A stretch of 64,000 nucleotides of DNA from Nitrosopumilus sp. (GTDB lineage Archaea > Thermoproteota > Nitrososphaeria > Nitrososphaerales > Nitrosopumilaceae). Under the pieces are notes generated by a model. The model was not told the DNA's origin. It worked only from the letters and a program-made list of their open reading frames with translations, and ran no database searches. Made by a program: the position numbers and the translations under genes. Positions 43,000-54,088 of the stretch are shown piece by piece. The DNA is taken from assembly GCA_965205675.1 (NCBI GenBank), contig OZ242186.1, positions 192,001-256,000 of the forward strand, in the 5' to 3' direction. The stretch's first letter is position 1; each line of letters begins with the position of its first letter.

Positions 43000-44220
43000 T
43001 TGGAACTCGATTTTATTACTCAGAATGCAATAATCTATGTCTTAATGGCTTGGGTAGTCATTATAGTAATTGCAAAAGCTCTCAAAGTAGAAAAATATGG
43101 TTTTGAATTAAAGGCATATAGTCTTGTATACAAGAATAAAGATGTTAATGATATATTAATCAAAGTACTTGGACGAACAAAAAAAAGTATCAAAGTTTTT
43201 GCAGACATAAGTGTGGTTGCAGGCTTTATTATGATGGGATTTGCATTTTATTTTTTATTAAATAATGTTTCAAACTATTTTGTTGCACAATCAAGTTTTT
43301 CAGAACTAACAGTACTTATCCCAGGCGTTACGTTAACTTCAGCACCAGCTATTGCATATTTTCTACTTTCAATTCCAATTGTATTAGTTATGCATGAAGG
43401 AGCACATGGCATAGTAGCTGCATTAGAAAAGATAAAAATCAAGACTGGCGGATTTGCAGTATTCATTGCATTGTTTGCAGGATTTGTAGAGCCAGATGAA
43501 GAAGAGTTTGATAAAGCTAAAAAGATTTCAAAATTAAGAGTGATTGGAGCAGGCGCCACATCGAATGTATTATTTGCAATTGTACTAGGAATGATTATGT
43601 TAACAAATCCAATTTTTGGAATAGTTTTAGAGAGCATTCCACTATTTGGTGAAACTATCTTGAACACATTTTATGAATTATCAAAAGGAGTTCTGATACT
43701 TTCAATCATAGAAAACTCAGGTGCTGAACAAGCAGGATTGCTTGCAAATGACATTATTACTACGATTAATGGTATACCGATTCATGGTCCGGCAGATTTC
43801 CCTATTTTAAATCCAGGAGAAACAGCTAATGTTTTTGTAATTAGAGATGGCCAAGCATTAGAATTTGGATTAGAAGTAATGTCTGATCCAAATGATCCCA
43901 AAAGAGGATTAATAGGAATTATGAGGGATAATTCAATTCCATACAAACCTGTGATGAATTTTATTGACTGGACAAATGTAGATTTTAACATTTCAATGTT
44001 TTTGTTGTGGCTTTGGATGATTTCATTTTTTATTGGTATTATCAACATGCTACCTTTACCAATTTTAGATGGTGGAAAATTCATTCATATAATTATTGAT
44101 AAACGAATTTCAGATAAATCAACTAACATAGTAATGTGGGGAATATACGCATTTACATTTGTTCTATTTGGTCTTAACATTGCCTTGTCATATTTAAAGT
44201 CAGGATGGTTTACAATCTAA
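43000..44220 (+). CDS. Site-2 (M50) membrane metalloprotease with PDZ domain
   Basis: HEGAH, NMLPLPILDGG. Confidence 0.92.
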   Translation: MELDFITQNAIIYVLMAWVVIIVIAKALKVEKYGFELKAYSLVYKNKDVNDILIKVLGRTKKSIKVFADISVVAGFIMMGFAFYFLLNNVSNYFVAQSSFSELTVLIPGVTLTSAPAIAYFLLSIPIVLVMHEGAHGIVAALEKIKIKTGGFAVFIALFAGFVEPDEEEFDKAKKISKLRVIGAGATSNVLFAIVLGMIMLTNPIFGIVLESIPLFGETILNTFYELSKGVLILSIIENSGAEQAGLLANDIITTINGIPIHGPADFPILNPGETANVFVIRDGQALEFGLEVMSDPNDPKRGLIGIMRDNSIPYKPVMNFIDWTNVDFNISMFLLWLWMISFFIGIINMLPLPILDGGKFIHIIIDKRISDKSTNIVMWGIYAFTFVLFGLNIALSYLKSGWFTI

Positions 44221-44430
44221 ATTGAATTATTTTTCCATCTACTGAATGTAAATATAACATGTGTACTCAAAATATTTTGAACTCGTCCGCTAATGGACTA
44301 ATATTTTTAATATCATTATTATAAACTTCATACTGACAGTATTATGTTAGGAGTTAACAATGATCGCAATATTCAGAAAGGAATAAAAAAATTTTAGAAA
44401 TGAACGAAACTAGTTTTTCATTTATGATTT

Positions 44431-46581
44431 TCAGACAACATAAGGTGACTTACATTTTGGACACTTGTCATCAAATGGTTCATCCTTGAAACCACACTCA
44501 CCACAAATTGCAATATGTCTTAGAGGTTTGAAAGAAGGCACAAGTTCTGATGTTTTCTCTATGGATTTTTTAATATCATCAACTTTAGCGTCTTTGTCAA
44601 TTTGTAATGTTACCAATAAACCACCGTTAAGTAATTTTGAGATTTTATTGCATTCAGAAATATGCTCACTTTTGGCAGTCAAGTCAGAAACTTCTGAAGC
44701 ATTAACTGTAATACCTTGAGAATAAAAATCAGTATCCATAGAGTTTAGGCTCGAATTTTTGCCATATTTTTCACCATCAAGGTTTGCAAAACGAGCAGAT
44801 CCTTCAGTTTTAGTCATAGAAATAGCCACAGTATCGCCTAATTCTTTGCCTTTTTTGTTACCAACATCTACGGCAGTTTCTATGACTTTATGAAGAATGT
44901 CTCGTCCTTCTTTGTTGTCTTGGAATCCAAGTATGTTAAAGACTGCTTCTTTGAGTCCCACTAAATTCACAACAAGAGATACAGAACTTCTCTGCATGTA
45001 TTGTGTATTCTTTGCAAGGATTGGATTAAGTCCTCTTCGTGTAAGATCAGAGATCTCTTTCTTTCTTAATGCCATGGAAGCTAAAGCTGGTTTCATTAGT
45101 AAAGCAAGTCTTGCTCTAAAATAGGTTTCATCTTTATTTGATTCAAATGCTAATCTTGGAAGATTAATTGAAACAGATTGTAGATTAATTGATAGAGAAC
45201 CAGATGTTTTTGTAGAACCATTTGTGATTCCATAACTAGATGTTTGTCCTTTAGCAAATATTATTTTTCCACCAAGTAAAATTATTTCAGCCGCTGATTT
45301 TGATACATCAGTAATCTTTCCTTTATCAGCATCAATTATCAAACCAATTTTTGGAATTGGTGTAATGTTTGTATAATTTTTATATGCATTGATAATTGCA
45401 TTAATTATTTTTGTATCCGTACCCAATTGTAAACGAATAGAAATATTGGTGCTAGTTTTACTATATTTTGAAGTAGTTGACGCAGTTGCAAATGCATTAG
45501 TTAATCTTTGTTCAAGTTCTGGAAGAGACTTTGAATGTTTTATAAATAATGAAACTAAACCATCAAGTACAATTTCTTGTGAAGCTTCTTTAGAAAGAAG
45601 AGCAATGATTATAGATAGCGAACTTGTGATTTCGTCTAATTGTTTTGATGCTGAAAATCTTGATACATCAAGATATTTTCCACCAAGATCTATACCGCCA
45701 TCAATTAATTCTTTAATGTTAACAAATATTGTATCCGGAATCATAGACCAAACTCCAGGATTAGAGATGTGTAAATCGCCAGATAGATGTGAATCTGCTA
45801 CATCTTTGGGTAAAATGTTTGTAAGAAGATGTTCTGCAAACACTTTTTGTCCACTATTAAACAAAAGACCTTCAGCACCATTATCTACATCATCCAAGTT
45901 AGAAATCATTTCTTGAACATCATAAACAGGTAAGCCTAAGCGTGCGAGTTTGTTCCGATATTCTTCATGACCATGCTCAAGTAGTACAGAATTGACCATT
46001 TCACGGATTAATGCCCCTGTAAGATAAGTTGTCTGATATTTGTAAATTCTATTTTCAACTTCTTCTGTAATTTTTTGTGCAAGTTCTAATGGAAGACTTC
46101 CTTCACGAACAAGTGACTGAATAATTTTATGTGAGTTAAATTCTTCAATTGATTCAGAAGACGTTCTAACATACATTTTTCCACTTTCAATAATTGAACG
46201 TTCTTCAATTTGTCTTGCCAAACTTAAAACAAGTTTTCCAAGATTTGTAATTGTGTAACGTCTTTCAGATTTATTTAGTGCAACAAGCGATTGCCTAAGT
46301 AATTTTCTTAAATGATATGCAAATTTTCCACTTTCTTTTTTTGATTTAAAACCAGCTAATGATTTTAATTCAGAATAGGTTAATGGACCTTTAGAGTTTA
46401 AAATTCTAAGTATATCAATTCTGTTTGGACTAGCCATTACAGAGAAGATCATCCTGACTCGTTTTGATGTAGATTGTAGTATTCCATCTCTTTTTGGATC
46501 AGAATCATCCATATCAGAATCTAGATCTAATTCAGAATCATCATCTAGTTCTAATTCTAAATCTTCTTCGGTTTGTTTCAT
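44431..46581 (-). CDS. HTH + ATP-cone + NrdD-like (class III RNR fold) fusion protein
   Basis: N-terminal wHTH, ATP cone EEFNSHKII, HLSGDLHI, SINLPRLA, C-terminal CGEC/CPKC. Confidence 0.8.
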   Translation of the reverse strand: MKQTEEDLELELDDDSELDLDSDMDDSDPKRDGILQSTSKRVRMIFSVMASPNRIDILRILNSKGPLTYSELKSLAGFKSKKESGKFAYHLRKLLRQSLVALNKSERRYTITNLGKLVLSLARQIEERSIIESGKMYVRTSSESIEEFNSHKIIQSLVREGSLPLELAQKITEEVENRIYKYQTTYLTGALIREMVNSVLLEHGHEEYRNKLARLGLPVYDVQEMISNLDDVDNGAEGLLFNSGQKVFAEHLLTNILPKDVADSHLSGDLHISNPGVWSMIPDTIFVNIKELIDGGIDLGGKYLDVSRFSASKQLDEITSSLSIIIALLSKEASQEIVLDGLVSLFIKHSKSLPELEQRLTNAFATASTTSKYSKTSTNISIRLQLGTDTKIINAIINAYKNYTNITPIPKIGLIIDADKGKITDVSKSAAEIILLGGKIIFAKGQTSSYGITNGSTKTSGSLSINLQSVSINLPRLAFESNKDETYFRARLALLMKPALASMALRKKEISDLTRRGLNPILAKNTQYMQRSSVSLVVNLVGLKEAVFNILGFQDNKEGRDILHKVIETAVDVGNKKGKELGDTVAISMTKTEGSARFANLDGEKYGKNSSLNSMDTDFYSQGITVNASEVSDLTAKSEHISECNKISKLLNGGLLVTLQIDKDAKVDDIKKSIEKTSELVPSFKPLRHIAICGECGFKDEPFDDKCPKCKSPYVV

Positions 46582-46693
46582 TGATGTTTCTAAATTTAAT
46601 GCAGTAAATAAGACTTGTGACTATATAATTTATTGTGATTTTTGATCAGATTATTTGAAAAGATAAAAAAGATCTATAAAGGAGATTAAACAA

Positions 46694-46855
46694 TTATTTT
46701 TCTTGGACATCTAGTGAAAATTCTGATGTAGAAAGTTTTTGTCCACACGATGGACATTTCCCATTTGAGGGATTTAGTACATCTTTTAGAGATTTTAGCA
46801 TTTTCATATTTGTGATCTTTTCTCCACATTTACCACATGTAATTTCTACTGACAT
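46694..46855 (-). CDS. Small zinc-ribbon protein (53 aa)
   Basis: Manual translation MSVEITCGKCG...GKCPSCGQKL. Confidence 0.7.
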   Translation of the reverse strand: MSVEITCGKCGEKITNMKMLKSLKDVLNPSNGKCPSCGQKLSTSEFSLDVQEK

Positions 46856-46925
46856 GAATATGATTAGATAAGCAAAATAATTAAGAACAGGTTTTGACTT
46901 TTTTTAATAATTCAAACAAATTATT

Positions 46926-47291
46926 TTACTGTTTTTCAATGAGAATTCCACGTTCATCAAAACCACTGATTTTTGCTCGGGTTCCAACTGGAAGATCTGC
47001 CGGAGTGGCAATTTCAGCCATAAATCCAGAAATTCGTAAATCCGTATTATCTAATTGAAGTACAACAAAAGCATAAGGGGTGTATTTTTCAAAGCCTGCA
47101 GGAGGCACGGTGATTATGGTATAAGTAGCAACTGAGCCTACACCATCTAAAATAGCAGCTTCAAATTCCTTACTACCACATTTTTGACAATAATATACAG
47201 TTGAAAGATGTAGTAATCCACAATCAGAACATTTGTGAGTTAAAACTTTGCCATTTTTTGCATTTTCAATAAGTTGTTCTTCAATAGTCAT
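46926..47291 (-). CDS. DUF35 Zn-ribbon/OB-fold protein (thiolase partner)
   Basis: CSDCG...YCQKCG, YTIITVPP..F; directly downstream of thiolase. Confidence 0.88.
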   Translation of the reverse strand: MTIEEQLIENAKNGKVLTHKCSDCGLLHLSTVYYCQKCGSKEFEAAILDGVGSVATYTIITVPPAGFEKYTPYAFVVLQLDNTDLRISGFMAEIATPADLPVGTRAKISGFDERGILIEKQ

Positions 47292-47292
47292 T

Positions 47293-48456
47293 TTATACAC
47301 TTTGGAAAACATGAACAGCACAACTTGCTCCGGTTGCACCAAAATTATGCGTTAAACCGATTCTTGCATCTTTAACAGTCCTATCACCTGCCTTACCAGT
47401 TAATTGATCAAATACTTCTACTACTTGACCAACGCCTGTTGCACCTATTGGGTGTCCTTTTGATTTAAGACCACCTGAGGGATTAATAGAAATGTCAGAA
47501 TTTAATTTTGTTCTACCTTCACGAACAGCTTGGATACCTTGACCTTTATTAAAGAACCCTAAATCCTCGGTGTCAACTACTTCTGCAATCGTAAAGCAGT
47601 CATGTACTTCTGCAAAGTCAACATCTTTTGCAGTGATATCTGCCATTTTGTATGCATCTGCTGCTGCAAGTTTTGTACTAGGAATTGTTGTCATATGTTC
47701 ACGTCCTTGTAAAGCAGCAGGTGAACCGCCCCGACCTGAACCAATTACTTCAATGTAATCACCACCATGTTCTTTTGCAAATTTTTCAGAACAAAGAATA
47801 ACAGAACTTGCACCATCAGAAAAAGGACAACAATCATAAAGTTTCAATGGACTTGCAACTACTGTAGAATTCATTACATCATCAACTGTAATTTTCTTTT
47901 GCATGTGAGCTTTTGGATTAAGATAACCATTATCATGATTCTTTACTGCAACACTTGCAAAATCTTCTTCAGTTGCATCAAATTCTGTCAAATAAGCTCT
48001 TGCCATAGATGCAAACAGACCTGGAAATGATGCACCTGCTTGACCTTCATAGAAAAAGTCAGAACAATATGCAAAGTAAGTTGTAGTCCATTCAGTTCCG
48101 GTATGTGTTACTTTTTCAACACCAGTGACAACAAGACAATCATAAAATCCTGCTGCAACATTTGCATATGCCTCTCTAAAAGATACAGAGCCACTTCCAC
48201 ATGCCGACTCTATTGTTAATGATGGTTTATCCGAAATTCCTAGTCTGCTCATTAAGACAGGACCAATATGGACTTGTTTGTCAGCTACTCCAAAAACGTT
48301 TGAAATGTAAGATGCTTTAATCTCTTTAGGATCAATGCCAGCACTTTCTATGGCTAAAATTGATGCCTGAGTAGTAATATCAGCAATACTCTCACTTAAT
48401 TTACCATATTTGGTGCTACCAGATCCAAGAACACAAACCTTTTCCACAAATGTCAC
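47293..48456 (-). CDS. Acetyl-CoA C-acetyltransferase (thiolase)
   Basis: ESACGSG, EVHDCFT, NPSGGLKSKGHPIGATG. Confidence 0.93.
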   Translation of the reverse strand: MTFVEKVCVLGSGSTKYGKLSESIADITTQASILAIESAGIDPKEIKASYISNVFGVADKQVHIGPVLMSRLGISDKPSLTIESACGSGSVSFREAYANVAAGFYDCLVVTGVEKVTHTGTEWTTTYFAYCSDFFYEGQAGASFPGLFASMARAYLTEFDATEEDFASVAVKNHDNGYLNPKAHMQKKITVDDVMNSTVVASPLKLYDCCPFSDGASSVILCSEKFAKEHGGDYIEVIGSGRGGSPAALQGREHMTTIPSTKLAAADAYKMADITAKDVDFAEVHDCFTIAEVVDTEDLGFFNKGQGIQAVREGRTKLNSDISINPSGGLKSKGHPIGATGVGQVVEVFDQLTGKAGDRTVKDARIGLTHNFGATGASCAVHVFQSV

Positions 48457-48503
48457 TGACCTATTTCCCTATAAAAATTGTTTTAGTAAATTCACCATAG
48501 AAA

Positions 48504-48977
48504 ATGCCAAGAAAAAAATCAAGTCTCAAAACTGTTCAGATCAAAAAACCTGTAATGAGACACATAGTCAAAACTACAAAATCAAGAACTAACATCTTAA
48601 AAAAAGAAATCATTCAGTATTTTGATAGTAATGGATTTCTTTCGTGGTCTTCAAAAGAGAGAAAATACATTATTCTTGGAACAAATTCTCCTAAAAATGG
48701 ACTAGTACAGTGTCCTGAATGTAAATTAGGAAAATTGATGGTGGTTAGATCAAAATCTACTAGAAAACGATTCATAGGTTGTTCAAATTTTTATGGCGGA
48801 TGTAAAGCATCATCGCCACTATTACAAAAAGCAAGGATGAGGGCATTGAAGATGCCTTGTGAGATTTGTAAATGGCCAATGATCATTTTTAGATATACTA
48901 GAAATCAAAAATGGACAAAACAATGTGGGAATTTTAATTGTGAAAGCAGAAAGACTAAGATTTCAAGTAAGATATAA
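48504..48977 (+). CDS. Topoisomerase C4 zinc-finger domain protein
   Basis: CPEC...FIGCSNF..C, CEIC...C..FNC. Confidence 0.8.
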   Translation: MPRKKSSLKTVQIKKPVMRHIVKTTKSRTNILKKEIIQYFDSNGFLSWSSKERKYIILGTNSPKNGLVQCPECKLGKLMVVRSKSTRKRFIGCSNFYGGCKASSPLLQKARMRALKMPCEICKWPMIIFRYTRNQKWTKQCGNFNCESRKTKISSKI

Positions 48978-48989
48978 CAACGATCAAAA

Positions 48990-49930
48990 GTTCATGAATA
49001 TTTTTATCTGATTTCTAAAAATATAATTTGCAATATCAAGTTTGAACTATTTTACTATCAAATATTTAGAAACTGCCTTGTTCATTATTGCAAACATTGC
49101 ATAATATTCTGATATCAACCTGATATCAAGATAATTTAATTGTCAAAGGATTCACCATATTTGAACAGGATAGAATAATAATGGAAGATAAACAAATATA
49201 CAAGAATTCTTTGCAAGATGTTCTTTTACTTTTTTTGAGTTGTGAACTGATGTCTTGTCCAACCTCAGTGTAATTTTTCCATATTTCCAGTATAGTTACG
49301 TTAAATATTCTACAAATGTTATAGAATCGAGTTTGTCATACACTCGAAACAGTTGACTGTTATTTCCGGTGATTGCTCCATATACTGCCAGACTTTGATG
49401 TCGTCCTACATATGGAAAAAATATTATCTTGACAATCTAATGACCAATGCTTTTTCCTGTCTTTACATCTCCAATAAAAAATGCCTTATCAGCCATTGCA
49501 ATGACAAATCCATTCTTTTTTAGGCGTGAAATTCTCTCTTTGATGCGTCGTTGTCATCTTTGTCAAGGGATACACTTGCATGGTTGATGTAATATTTTTG
49601 TAGTTTTTGCAGATATGTCGTACTATGCATTATCTTTCTGAGATGAATTATATGAAATTTCACTCTAGTGAGATAAGAAGTTGTTTGTGGTAGCATCATA
49701 GATGTAAACAGAGTTAAGATTATCTTTGAGATAATGCAAAACATTTAACCCATTTTCGCATTCAGTTTGTGTAGCGTATTGTAGTTTTGTCATCCTTTAG
49801 AATCATCAATACTGCAAGCATTCTTACTGGAGCTTTGGAGTTTTTCTTTTTATGTATTGCTTTAAAGAATTCTAACTTGTTCATATGTTTTGTTGTGCTA
49901 ACTGATCAAAAAGTTTTTTATTTTGGGATT
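48990..49930 (-). pseudogene. Heavily decayed IS630-family transposase
   Basis: Fragments KKNGFVIAMADKAFF and LAVYGAITGNNSQLFR align with the type A transposase; shares upstream actgatcaaaaagt. Confidence 0.65.
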
Positions 49931-49933
49931 TAC

Positions 49934-50749
49934 TTAGTTCACGAATTTATGCATATTGCTATAGATATCTGTTCTTCTATTTTTAAGCAGAGGTAAAATT
50001 TTTCTAGTTTGTTTTACTTTATTCAAATCAATATTTACAAAACCAATTCCTTGTTTCTTTTTCATATCAAGTAAAATTTTACCATATGGATCAACTACTA
50101 AACTTCGTCCGCAGTAAATATTTCCAATTTGATCAGGTGCAATAAGATAGCATCCATTTTCTATTGCACGTGTTTTATTAATTGTAATCCAGTGTTCTTC
50201 TTTCATATTTCCTTTAACCCATGCAGATGGAGCTACTAAAACTTCAGAGCCTGCAACTGCAAGTGATCTAGACATTTCTGGAAATCTTAGATCATAACAT
50301 ATCATCATGCCAATTTTTCCAATTGATGTTTTTATTGGCTTTGAGATTTTTGAGCCTGGAGTTATCTTGTCTGATTCTCTGAAACCTAATGCATCATAGA
50401 GATGAATTTTACGATAAGTAGAAATTATTTTACCCGATTTGTCAATTACAAATGAAGTATCATACACTCTATCTTTTATTCTACTTTTCTCATAAAACGA
50501 GCCAACAATTTGGATTTTATTTTCTTTTGCATGTTTTGCAATAGTTGTAACAAAATTTCCATTAATCGTTTCAGCTAAATTTGCTAATTGTTTTGAAGTT
50601 TGAGATGAATTTGTATAAAACATCATGAATTCTGGGAATGCACAAAGTATTGCATTCTGTGAAGTGGCTTTTTTAACAAATGAAAGAATTTTTTTTAGAT
50701 TATCATCTTTGTTAGTAGATGCTTTGAATTGAACTATTGCGACTTTCAT
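49934..50749 (-). CDS. Carbon-nitrogen hydrolase (Nit family)
   Basis: FPE, YRKIHL, ICYDLRFPE. Confidence 0.92.
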   Translation of the reverse strand: MKVAIVQFKASTNKDDNLKKILSFVKKATSQNAILCAFPEFMMFYTNSSQTSKQLANLAETINGNFVTTIAKHAKENKIQIVGSFYEKSRIKDRVYDTSFVIDKSGKIISTYRKIHLYDALGFRESDKITPGSKISKPIKTSIGKIGMMICYDLRFPEMSRSLAVAGSEVLVAPSAWVKGNMKEEHWITINKTRAIENGCYLIAPDQIGNIYCGRSLVVDPYGKILLDMKKKQGIGFVNIDLNKVKQTRKILPLLKNRRTDIYSNMHKFVN

Positions 50750-50862
50750 AAAATGAATTAATCATATGGCAATAAAAGGATAAACTTATGGTACAAGTGA
50801 GAAATGTACTATTTTCTTATTATGTAAATTTATTTTAGAAAATACAAATCGAACAGTGTATA

Positions 50863-50988
50863 TACTGTCTAACAAATATTCATGACCCAAAATCTTCCAA
50901 ATTATGCTAATTCCTGAAATTTAAACTTGAATCTACAATGTACGTAAATCGAGTTCAGAATAGGGTGACGAATTTTTGTTATTGAGTA
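50863..50988. mobile_element. MITE-B, copy 2
   Basis: Same sequence as 18662-18787; TA on both flanks. Confidence 0.88.
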
Positions 50989-51389
50989 TATGTGATCCCT
51001 TGACTGAGAAGTATTTTCCAGCCAAAAATTATTTTAGAATATTTCTATACAGTTTGGTATGACTGCACATCCCAAATGCATACAACATGTGTATAAAAAT
51101 AGATAGACCATGTCTGAGATTTGGGCATAATGATTTACAAATTGATCAGAAATGATCTCTAATGTGAGAAATAATCATTTAAATTCTTTTTTCTATGATA
51201 TTTTTTCATTATTCATCATTTTTTAGATATCATGTACGATCATGGTGTGAAATTATGAAAAATATTCTTTCCAAAATTACCACTACAATGCAAATTGGAG
51301 CATTGTCAATTTTATTCCACCGAAGTTTTAGGAAAACCCGACAAATAGTTTTTATCGTCATTTGTTCTAACCCCTGTGAAGAGATTATA

Positions 51390-54041
51390 ATGGACAATTC
51401 ACAAATAGAAAATACGATCAGTGAGATCCGTAAGCGCAGTGGTGCAGTAACGGCTTTCAATAAAGATAAAATTTCAAATGCCATTTATCAGGCATTGGCA
51501 GCCACCTCTAAAGCCGATCGTGGCGTTGCCGACAAACTAGCAGAGGATGTAGTTAACAAGTTAGTAGAACAAGGATTTACTAGTTCTAGATCACCTACAG
51601 TTGAAGATATTCAGGATGTTGTAGAATCGACTTTAATAGATAGCGGTAATAGTGATATTGCAAAAGCATACATCGTCTATAGACACGAGAGAAGAAAATT
51701 AAGAGACGAAAAAATGAAAGTCTTGAATCTAAAAGCATTAGATCCAGTCTCAAAGAAATTTGATTTAAATTGTTTGAGAGTGTTAGCGTCAAGGTATCTA
51801 TTCAGAAATTCAAAAAATGAAATTACTGAATCACCAACTCAAATGTTTGAGCGAGTTGCAATTCTAGTAGGTATTGGTGACATGCTATATGATTCACAAA
51901 TATTTGATAAATCTGGCAATCACAAACAAGACATTGAACAAGCAAATTCATATCTCGAGAAACTAGATGCTTTTGATTACAAGTTCAAAGTTGGGGATTA
52001 TTTCTTCAATAAATGGCACTTTAGGGCTTTAATCAATCACTATGTAACTCTTGCAAATAAAGGTCAAATGAAAATTAATTTCAAAGATCTTTTGACACTT
52101 CTGGCAGGAAAGAAACTTGAAAGTTATTCAGATAAAATTACTGAATACTTTGAAATGATGACTGGACAAGACTTTCTACCAAATTCACCAACAATGATGA
52201 ATGCAGGTGGAAGGCTAGGACAGCTATCAGCATGCTTTGTACTTGGCATGAATGATGGCATGGAAGATATTATGAAATCTACTTCTGATGCTGCATTAAT
52301 CTTCAAGTCTGGAGGTGGAGTTGGCATCAACTACTCTGATCTTCGTGAAGAAGGCGATATTGTTGCATCAACATCTGGTGTCGCATCTGGTCCTGTATCT
52401 TTCATGAACATCATTAACACGGTCACAGAAGTTGTAAAACAAGGTGGTAAAAGACGTGGTGCAAATATGGGAATTATTGAAGCATGGCATCCTGATGTAG
52501 AAAAATTCATCACCAACAAGACAGAAGCAGGGATTTTAGAGAATTTCAACATTAGTGTTGGAATTTGGGAAGACTTTTGGCATGCACTTGTAAACACTAC
52601 TGATGGTAACTATGTTTTGCGTAGTCCACGTGACAAAAAACCTGTTAAAGAAATCAATGCACATCAACTAATTGATCTAATTGCATTATCTGCTTGGAAG
52701 AGTGCAGAACCGGGTTTGATCTTCTTTGATCAAATTAACAAATACAACGTATTTGCAAAAGCTAGACAGGCGCCACTAAGAGCAACAAATCCATGTGGTG
52801 AACAAAGTCTATATCCGTATGAATCATGCAACCTAGGTTCTATTAACTTGGTAAATCTTGCAAAAAGACAAGCTGATGGTTCTTATGAATTTGATTGGCA
52901 AGGATATGAAGAGATCATCCGAAAGACAACCAGATTTTTAGATAACATCATTGATGTAAATAATTATCCAGTACAAGAAATCAACATAGCCTCAAAAGAG
53001 TCTAGACGAATTGGGCTAGGAGTAATGGGAGTAGCTGATTTACTATACAGACTAAAAATCCCATATAATTCTAAAGAAGGATACAAACTACAATCAAAAT
53101 TATCTGAAGCCTTAACATATTATTCTATGGAAGAAAGTGTTGCACTGGCTAATGCACGTGGTGAGTTCCCACTTTGTGCAAAGACAGAATTTCCTGAAGG
53201 GAAGATTCCAATATCTGGATACTATGAGAAATCAAAAGATGCTCATTCTTATGAATGGGATCCACTCATTAAAAAAATCCAAAAACATGGTATTAGAAAT
53301 GTTTTAACTACTACAGTGGCCCCAACTGGAACATTATCTATGATTGCAGATTGTTCAAATGGAATGGAACCTGCATTTGCGCTAGTGTTTGAAAAGAGAG
53401 TCACTGTTGGAAGATTCTTCTATACAAATAAGATTCTAGAAGAAGCTCTAAAGGAAGAGTGTCTCTACACAGATGAAATTCTTGAAAAGATTGCAGATAA
53501 TTATGGCTCATTGAGTGGAATAGACGAGATTCCACAATGGATGCAAGATGTCTTTGTTACAGCAATGGACATTCATTGGGCTGATCATTTGATGGCTCAG
53601 GGTGTATGGCAAGATTGGATTGGAAATGCAATTGCAAAAACAATCAACATGCCGTATGATGTAACAGTAGAAGATGTGAAATCTGCATATCTACTAGCCC
53701 ATGAGATTGGTCTAAAAGGAATGACTGTTTATCGGGATGGTTCAAGACACAAACAAGTTCTTCATATGACCAGCGAGAATGCAACAAAGACTTTTGAGGT
53801 CACACCGAGTGATTACATGAATGAGTTTGTAACTAAAAACATTACAAATGCATACATAAAATCTCAAGTTAATGCCGCACTTACATTAAAGGTCCATGAT
53901 GAAGAGATCACATTAGAACCTCCAAAACAAGAAGAGATTCCTGAGGACAGATTATGTCCAACGTGTAAAAACACTCTTGTCTTTGTTGAAGGTTGTAGTA
54001 CCTGTATCGAATGTGGATACAGTGGTTGTACTTCTGGATAA
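51390..54041 (+). CDS. nrdJ: Class II (adenosylcobalamin-dependent) ribonucleotide reductase
   Basis: ATP cone, PNSPT, QLSACF, TNPCGEQ, APTGT, C-terminal CPTC/CIEC; start set at 51390. Confidence 0.93.
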   Translation: MDNSQIENTISEIRKRSGAVTAFNKDKISNAIYQALAATSKADRGVADKLAEDVVNKLVEQGFTSSRSPTVEDIQDVVESTLIDSGNSDIAKAYIVYRHERRKLRDEKMKVLNLKALDPVSKKFDLNCLRVLASRYLFRNSKNEITESPTQMFERVAILVGIGDMLYDSQIFDKSGNHKQDIEQANSYLEKLDAFDYKFKVGDYFFNKWHFRALINHYVTLANKGQMKINFKDLLTLLAGKKLESYSDKITEYFEMMTGQDFLPNSPTMMNAGGRLGQLSACFVLGMNDGMEDIMKSTSDAALIFKSGGGVGINYSDLREEGDIVASTSGVASGPVSFMNIINTVTEVVKQGGKRRGANMGIIEAWHPDVEKFITNKTEAGILENFNISVGIWEDFWHALVNTTDGNYVLRSPRDKKPVKEINAHQLIDLIALSAWKSAEPGLIFFDQINKYNVFAKARQAPLRATNPCGEQSLYPYESCNLGSINLVNLAKRQADGSYEFDWQGYEEIIRKTTRFLDNIIDVNNYPVQEINIASKESRRIGLGVMGVADLLYRLKIPYNSKEGYKLQSKLSEALTYYSMEESVALANARGEFPLCAKTEFPEGKIPISGYYEKSKDAHSYEWDPLIKKIQKHGIRNVLTTTVAPTGTLSMIADCSNGMEPAFALVFEKRVTVGRFFYTNKILEEALKEECLYTDEILEKIADNYGSLSGIDEIPQWMQDVFVTAMDIHWADHLMAQGVWQDWIGNAIAKTINMPYDVTVEDVKSAYLLAHEIGLKGMTVYRDGSRHKQVLHMTSENATKTFEVTPSDYMNEFVTKNITNAYIKSQVNAALTLKVHDEEITLEPPKQEEIPEDRLCPTCKNTLVFVEGCSTCIECGYSGCTSG

Positions 54042-54088
54042 ATAACAGAATCACAACTTTTTTACTTTCTTTTCTTTTCTAATCTATA

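Noticed and set aside
51195-51389. 65-aa N-terminal extension of NrdJ
   Set aside because: Reads like translated intergenic DNA; the ATP cone begins after ATG 51390
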